Shown: piece after piece, positions 59,048-64,000 of the stretch
Layout of the letters: each line of letters starts with the position of its first letter
Position numbering within the stretch: the stretch's first letter is position 1
NCBI GenBank assembly: GCA_963840005.1
Contig: CAWIXO010000028.1
Span: 24,171-88,170 of the forward strand
DNA: 64,000 bases
Direction: 5' to 3'
Source of the DNA: an uncultured Actinomycetota bacterium
GTDB lineage: Bacteria; Actinomycetota; Actinomycetes; Mycobacteriales; Micromonosporaceae
The notes under the pieces: generated by a model
What the model saw: the letters and a program-made list of their open reading frames with translations, nothing else
Databases searched by the model: none
What the model was told of the DNA's origin: nothing
Program-made: the position numbers and the translations under genes

Positions 59048-59279
59048 GCCCTTGTGCGGGACCCCAGCCAAAGGGCCGGACCGTAGACATTGGGCCGACG
59101 ACCCAAGTGCCGCCCCCGACCGTCGGCCCCGGGCACCACCGGCAAAGATCCGCCACCCTTACGCCCACGCCGACCGCCGACGCCGAAGTTGCTTGCATTT
59201 GCCGCTCGTTGCGCCGGATTACCCGCGTGTTGGGCGCGGCCCGAACAGCCAAAGTGGATCGTGCCCGCCCTCCTCGGCT

Positions 59280-59950
59280 CTGCCGTGCCGGCTCCGCCCG
59301 GTGCAAAGCAACCAACCGGTTGGATCGCACCTGCGCTACGTCAGCTCTGCCGTGCCGGCTCCGCCCGGTGCAAAGCAACCAACCGGTTGGATCGCACCTG
59401 CGCTACGTCAGCTCTGCCGTGCCGACTCCGCCGGCACAAACCCAACCAACCGGTTGGTTCGCGTCCGCGCGACCCGGCGCTGCCGTGCCGGTCCCGCCCG
59501 GCACAACCCAACCAACCCGTTGGTTCGCGCCGCGCTACCTCGGCGCTGCCGTGCCGGCTCCGCCGGCACAACCCAACCAACCGGTTGGATCGCGCCCGCG
59601 CGACCCCCCGTCCTGCCCGTGCCGGTCTCGCCCGGCACAAACCCAACCAACCCGTTGGTTCGCGCCGCGCTACCCGGAGCTGCCGTGCCGGCCCCGCCGG
59701 CACAACCCAACCAACCGGTTGGATCGCGCCCGCGCGACCCCCCGTCCTGCCCGTGCCGGTCTCGCCCGGCACAAACCCAACCAACCCGTTGGTTCGCGCC
59801 GCGCTACCCGGCGCTGCCGTGCCGGCCCCGCCGGCACAACCCAACCAACCGGTTGGATCGCGCCCGGCGCGCGACCCCGGTCCTGCCGTGCCGGCCCCGC
59901 CCGGCACAAACCCAACCAACCCGTGGGTTCGGAGCTGCGCTAACTGGGAC
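59280..59950. repeat. Tandem array of ten 66-69 bp palindrome-containing units
   Basis: Units start at 59280, 59347, 59414, 59480, 59546, 59613, 59680, 59747, 59814, 59883; core CTGCCGTGCCGG..CCGGCACAA..CAACCAAC(C/CC)G..TTGG(A/T)TCGC. Confidence 0.95.
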
Positions 59951-60128
59951 CTGCCGGGCGCATCCGCCCGTTCGTTTTGCTAGTGGGTGCGGCTGTTCGG
60001 GCGCGGACCTGGCAGCGCAGCGAAGCGGAGCGGTCCCCGGCGGGAGCGACGGTCCGGAGCACCGCGGACCCGGGAACGCCAGATCTTGACCCTGATCCTC
60101 GGTTGTCGACGTTGGTCTTGGGCGAAAC

Positions 60129-60173
60129 ATGGGACGACCCCTGCCGGCGCGGGCCGGAAGGGGTCGTCTCCAT
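60129..60173 (-). terminator. Hairpin terminator downstream of terC/alx
   Basis: ATGGGACGACCCCT-GCCGGC-gcgg-GCCGGA-AGGGGTCGTCTCCAT. Confidence 0.7.
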
Positions 60174-60185
60174 AACTGCCAAGCG

Positions 60186-61208
60186 CTAGCTGCCGACGGT
60201 GGTCAGTTCGCGTTCTTTGCGTTTGTCTCGGGCCGATTTGGCGAGGCTCGCCACCGTCGCGACCAGTAGCGTCCCGAGGATCACCGTCAACGACAACCAG
60301 ATCGGGATGTGGGGTGCCCAGCCGATGTGCTCGCCGCCGTTGATGAACGGCAGGTTGTTGTCGGCCAGGGCCTCGAGGACGAGCTTCACACCGATGAACC
60401 CGAGTACGAACGCCAGGCCGATGTTGAGGTAGACGAGCCGGTCGAGCAGGCCGCCGAGCAGGAAGTACAGCTGGCGGAGGCCCATCAGCGCGAAGACGTT
60501 CGCGGTGAAGACCAGGTACGGCTCCTTGGTCACGCCGAAGATCGCGGGGATCGAGTCGAGCGCGAAGATCAGGTCCGTCGTGCCGATCGCGATCATCACG
60601 ACCAGCATCGGCGTGAACAGTCGCTTGCCGGCGCTGTCCCTGGTGGTGATCTTCGAACCGTCGAAGTCCCGCGAGAGCGGTACGGCGCGACGTACCCACC
60701 GGATGACGACGTTTTCCTTGAAGTCGTCTTCTTCGGGCTCGCCCTGGCGGGCGAAGTTGATCGCCGTGTAGACCAGGAACGCGCCGAAGATGTAGAACAC
60801 CCACGAGAACTGGCTGATCAGTGCGGAGCCGGCGGCGATGAACCCACCGCGCATCACCAGCGCCAGGATGATGCCGACGAGCAGCACTTCCTGTTGGAGG
60901 TGCCTCGGAACGGCGAACCGCCCCATGATGATCACGAAGACGAACAGGTTGTCGACGCTCAGGCTGTATTCGGTCAGCCAGCCGGCGTAGAACTCGCCGG
61001 CGAACGTGGCGCCCGATGTCCACCACAGGCCCAACCCGAAGAGCACCGCCAGGCCGACGTAGATCGAAACCCAGATCGTCGACTCTTTGATGCTCGGCTC
61101 GTGTGGTCGCCGACCGATGATGAACAGGTCGGCCAGCAAGACGGCGACCATCACCACCAGGGTGATCCCCCAGACGAGCGGGGTTACGTGCAAACTCGTG
61201 GCGTTCAA
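60186..61208 (-). CDS. TerC/Alx family metal homeostasis membrane protein
   Basis: EYSLSVDNLFVF, DLIFALDSIPAIFGVT, NVFALMGLRQLYF; TTG start 61208 after GGAGG. Confidence 0.95.
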   Translation of the reverse strand: MNATSLHVTPLVWGITLVVMVAVLLADLFIIGRRPHEPSIKESTIWVSIYVGLAVLFGLGLWWTSGATFAGEFYAGWLTEYSLSVDNLFVFVIIMGRFAVPRHLQQEVLLVGIILALVMRGGFIAAGSALISQFSWVFYIFGAFLVYTAINFARQGEPEEDDFKENVVIRWVRRAVPLSRDFDGSKITTRDSAGKRLFTPMLVVMIAIGTTDLIFALDSIPAIFGVTKEPYLVFTANVFALMGLRQLYFLLGGLLDRLVYLNIGLAFVLGFIGVKLVLEALADNNLPFINGGEHIGWAPHIPIWLSLTVILGTLLVATVASLAKSARDKRKERELTTVGS

Positions 61209-61267
61209 ATAGACCTCCGGCAGGCACACCACATCGCCGTCTGGCGACGTGCTGGGTCGTGACTGTC

Positions 61268-61392
61268 GGGAGGTCTCTTCCATCGCCTGGCCTGGGTTGG
61301 CCGGGCGATCGACGGTGCCGGGTCGAAGCCCGGCTCACGCCGGACGACTGCCGTGTTGACGACATCGCCGCGGAGGAATACTCCCCTCCTCG
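61268..61392 (-). ncRNA. yybP-ykoY (Mn2+) riboswitch
   Basis: Minus strand AGGGGAGUA..GUCGUCAACACGG..GAGACCUC, directly upstream of a TerC/Alx gene. Confidence 0.88.
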
Positions 61393-61534
61393 CAGCGTCA
61401 TTGTCTCCCATGGGACCCGGTTTTGACACATCGACCGCCGCGACTCACCTGTGATCTCGTGCGGCGGGACACAACCTGTGCGGCGTCCTAGGATGTTTCG
61501 GGTGTCCGGACACGGTCGTGGGAGGCTTCCGGCC

Positions 61535-61834
61535 ATGGTTCTCGAGGTTGCGCTGATCGACATCCGGCCGGGCGAGGAGGAGGCGTTCGCCGCCGCCTAC
61601 CGCAAGGCCCACCCGATCGTCCGGGGTACGCCCGGCTTCCGCTCGATCCGCATGACCCGCGGGGTCGAGTCGCCGTCGCGGTTCGTGCTGCTGGTCGAAT
61701 GGGACACGGTCGAGGCCCACCTGGAGAACTTCCGCGCTTCGGACCGTTTCACCGAATGGCGCAGCCTGATCGGGCCGTACTTCGCCGGTCCCCCGTTGGT
61801 CGAACACTTCACGGACGTCCCGACAGACGACTGA
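61535..61834 (+). CDS. Antibiotic biosynthesis monooxygenase (ABM) family protein
   Basis: MVLEVALI..PG.E..F, TPGF, RGVESPSRFVLLVEW..EAH..FR; GGAGG RBS. Confidence 0.9.
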   Translation: MVLEVALIDIRPGEEEAFAAAYRKAHPIVRGTPGFRSIRMTRGVESPSRFVLLVEWDTVEAHLENFRASDRFTEWRSLIGPYFAGPPLVEHFTDVPTDD

Positions 61835-62084
61835 CGCCTGCTAGTGGGAGACGGGCCCAGACCACGGCTATCCGGCTTTTCGCTGAAGTACGCCGATCGT
61901 CGCTCGTAGACGCCACCACCGTCGGCCGCCGCTGGCCGGACAGCTCCAGCCGCAGGATCGTCAGGTCGGCGAGCGCGACGTCGGCGTGCGCCTCGAAGGG
62001 CCCGGCGGGCACGGCGAAGTCCGCGCCCGGCAGCCGCGCGGCCAGGAGGACCGGATCCCGTTCTCGACGTTGCCGGCCGCGGTC

Positions 62085-62120
62085 GTCGAACACTTCACGG
62101 ACGTGCCGGCGGACGCCTGA
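62085..62120 (+). repeat. Duplicated 3-prime end of the ABM gene
   Basis: GTCGAACACTTCACGGACGT is identical to 61799-61818; encodes VEHFTDVPADA-stop versus VEHFTDVPTDD-stop. Confidence 0.85.
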
Positions 62121-62214
62121 CTCCATGTTTCGGCGCGCCTGACGGCCAATGCCGGCCGGTGGGTGGGGTTGGTTCAAGGACCTCGCCGATCGGGTGGACG
62201 GCCAGGCCGCCGTG

Positions 62215-62365
62215 CGTGATCGTGTGTGGCCCACCTGGAAAGTCAGGCGCGCCACGCGTGATCGTGTGCGCCGGGTCTGGCCGACACGCCGTGCGGGACC
62301 TCGACCAGCCGCACGGGATCATGCGCCGTCGCCCTCAGGAGCCTGATCGGCCGCACAGGATCATG
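62215..62365. repeat. REP-like cluster: two direct plus two inverted short motifs
   Basis: CGTGATCGTGTG at 62215 and 62257; CCGCAC(G/A)GGATCATG at 62309 and 62351; both pairs spaced 42 bp. Confidence 0.55.
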
Positions 62366-62450
62366 GGGACCCTGCGTTCCCGCGACACCGGCGCCAGGCA
62401 CGTCCGGGTGTGGGACGCGGCGCAGGTTGTCCAGGTACAGCTCACCGTCG

Positions 62451-62957
62451 TCAACGCTGATCGCGCTCCGCGGGCACGAGGTCGCGGATGTGGCGGAGGC
62501 CGGGGCGGCCGGCGAGGACGACGTCGCCGACCGGGATGAAGCCGTTGCGGCGCAGGACGGTCAGGGAGCCTGGGTTGTCCAGCGCGGCCGAGGCCACGAG
62601 CCGGTGCAGGCCGTAGGTGTCCCGGGCCAGGTCGCACACCCGGCGCACCGCGTCGGTCGCGACGCCTCGGCCGCTCGCGTGTTCGGCGACGCGGAAGCCG
62701 AGCTCGGCGGTGCCGTCCGTCACGTCGACCAGGTTGAAGCGGCCGAGGACCGTCTCGCCGTCGTCGTCGATCAGCAGGTGGAAGTGGTCCAGGCCGGCGG
62801 CCTGGTCGGCGAGCAGGTCCGCGTGGCGGGTGGCGAAGTCGGCGAAATAGGCGTCGCCCCGGTCGGAAATGGAGCGGGTGAAGTAGGCCCTGTTCTCCTG
62901 CTCGAAGCGCAGCAGGGCGGCGGCGTGGCCGGCGGCGAGCCGTTGGAGTTCGGGCAT
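62451..62957 (-). CDS. GNAT acetyltransferase (RimJ/RimL-like)
   Basis: FEQENRAYF, GRFNL, AELGFRV..GRGVAT, NPGS..VL..NGF. Confidence 0.9.
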   Translation of the reverse strand: MPELQRLAAGHAAALLRFEQENRAYFTRSISDRGDAYFADFATRHADLLADQAAGLDHFHLLIDDDGETVLGRFNLVDVTDGTAELGFRVAEHASGRGVATDAVRRVCDLARDTYGLHRLVASAALDNPGSLTVLRRNGFIPVGDVVLAGRPGLRHIRDLVPAERDQR

Positions 62958-63009
62958 CGCGTCATATTAGGCAGGCGTGCGGAGATCGACATGTGATTTA
63001 GTCGCCCGC

Positions 63010-63771
63010 ATGACGGATCGCGTAGCGCTCGTGACCGGGGTCAGTCGGCGGGCCGGAATCGGCGCGGCGGTCGCGCAACGGCTCGCCGCGGACGGGCATC
63101 GGCTGCTGTTGAGCGGGCTGCCCTCCTACGACGACGACCAGCCCTACGGCGGCGACCCCGACGGCGTCCCGGCGATCATGGCGGGGCTGGCCGGCGGTCC
63201 GCACCACTACTCCCCCGTCGACCTGACCGACCCCGCCGCCCCGGCCGCGCTGGTCCGGACCGCGGTCGAGCGGTTCGGTCGGGTGGACACGCTCGTGGCC
63301 GTGCACACCTACTCCACCGCCAACGCGTTCGGCGGCCTGGACGCAGACGAGATCGACCGACACCTGATCATCAACGTACGGGCGACGATGCTGCTGGTCG
63401 AGGCGTTCGCCGCCGCCCACGACGCCGGCGCCGGACGGGTCGTGCTGTTCTCCAGCGGCCAACGACTGGGGCCGATGATCGGCGAACTCCCGTACGCGAT
63501 CAGCAAGGCGGCCGTCGAGAACCTGACCCGGCAGCTCGGCACGACGCTCATGCACCGCGGCATCACGATCAACTGTCTGAACCCCGGACCGACCGACACC
63601 GGCTGGGCCACGCCCGCGGACCAGGAGGCCGCCGCCCAGCTCTTCCCCGGCGGCAGGTGGGGCGCCCCGGACGACGCCGCGCGGCTGGTCGGCTGGCTCT
63701 GTTCGCCGGACGCATCCTGGGTCACCGGCCAGGTGATCGACTCCGAGGGCGGCTTCAACCGCTACGGCTGA
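63010..63771 (+). CDS. SDR family oxidoreductase
   Basis: TGVSRRAGIG, YAISK, NPGPTDTGW, TGQVIDSEGG. Confidence 0.92.
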   Translation: MTDRVALVTGVSRRAGIGAAVAQRLAADGHRLLLSGLPSYDDDQPYGGDPDGVPAIMAGLAGGPHHYSPVDLTDPAAPAALVRTAVERFGRVDTLVAVHTYSTANAFGGLDADEIDRHLIINVRATMLLVEAFAAAHDAGAGRVVLFSSGQRLGPMIGELPYAISKAAVENLTRQLGTTLMHRGITINCLNPGPTDTGWATPADQEAAAQLFPGGRWGAPDDAARLVGWLCSPDASWVTGQVIDSEGGFNRYG

Positions 63772-63854
63772 CAGCCCGCGCCCGGACCAGCAGCAACGCG
63801 CCTGTTCTGGACCCGGTTGCTCGACAGTGAACTTGGTCGTTGTCCGGCCCGGCG

Positions 63855-64000
63855 TCAGGCCTGGGCGACCGACAGCAGGGCCGGCGAATCGGCGGATACG
63901 GGTGTCAGGCGCGTCGGGGTTGAGCCGGTGAAGGTGCGGAAGTCGCGGATCAGGTGCGCCTGGTCGTAGTAACCGGCGTCCGCCGCGACCGCGGCCCAGC
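63855..64000 (-). CDS. AraC family regulator, C-terminal part (truncated by window edge)
   Basis: WAAVAADAGYYDQAHLIRDFRTFTGSTP. Confidence 0.88.
   Translation of the reverse strand, partial: WAAVAADAGYYDQAHLIRDFRTFTGSTPTRLTPVSADSPALLSVAQA

Noticed and set aside
59280-59950. CRISPR array
   Set aside because: Segments between conserved cores are short and related to each other rather than unique spacers, the repeats themselves vary, and no cas genes or AT-rich leader are present
58927-60089. Repeat-protein ORFs (338, 345, 297 aa) across the array
   Set aside because: The period is mostly 67 bp, so the same peptides rotate through all three frames; no RBS or codon bias; frames stay open only because the unit lacks stops
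1-64000. tRNA, rRNA, IS transposase, integrase, prophage genes, and the many long antisense or Arg/Pro-rich ORFs in the track
   Set aside because: No recognisable motifs for the former; the latter are typical high-GC shadow frames of the genes listed

Overview
High-GC actinobacterial chromosome segment, most consistent with Micromonosporaceae (GsmA-like glucosaminidase, TioE-like regulator, typA and terC neighbourhoods). It holds about 66 genes: mostly accessory metabolism and regulators, plus housekeeping genes (rsgA, map, pgi, zwf, typA). About 17 genes, including typA and pgi, are broken by single-base frameshifts, which probably reflects sequencing or assembly indels rather than real pseudogenes. 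No rRNA, tRNA, transposase, integrase or cas gene was recognised. One clear riboswitch is present (yybP-ykoY, upstream of terC/alx). The most notable unexplained items are: (i) a non-coding array of ten 66-69 bp double-palindrome units flanked by 12-bp inverted repeats (59.2-60.0 kb); (ii) an overlapping 62 aa + 255 aa gene pair with toxin-antitoxin-like layout (16.6-17.6 kb); (iii) a secreted C2-like/FlgD-Ig/zincin protein with a coupled secreted partner, a LuxR regulator and a structured upstream region (12.5-16.4 kb); (iv) a DUF4062-STAND-TPR NLR-like gene; (v) a SWIM + DUF6493-like pair; (vi) a three-repeat protein that is 27% His. All family assignments come from motif recognition by eye; no database search was run.
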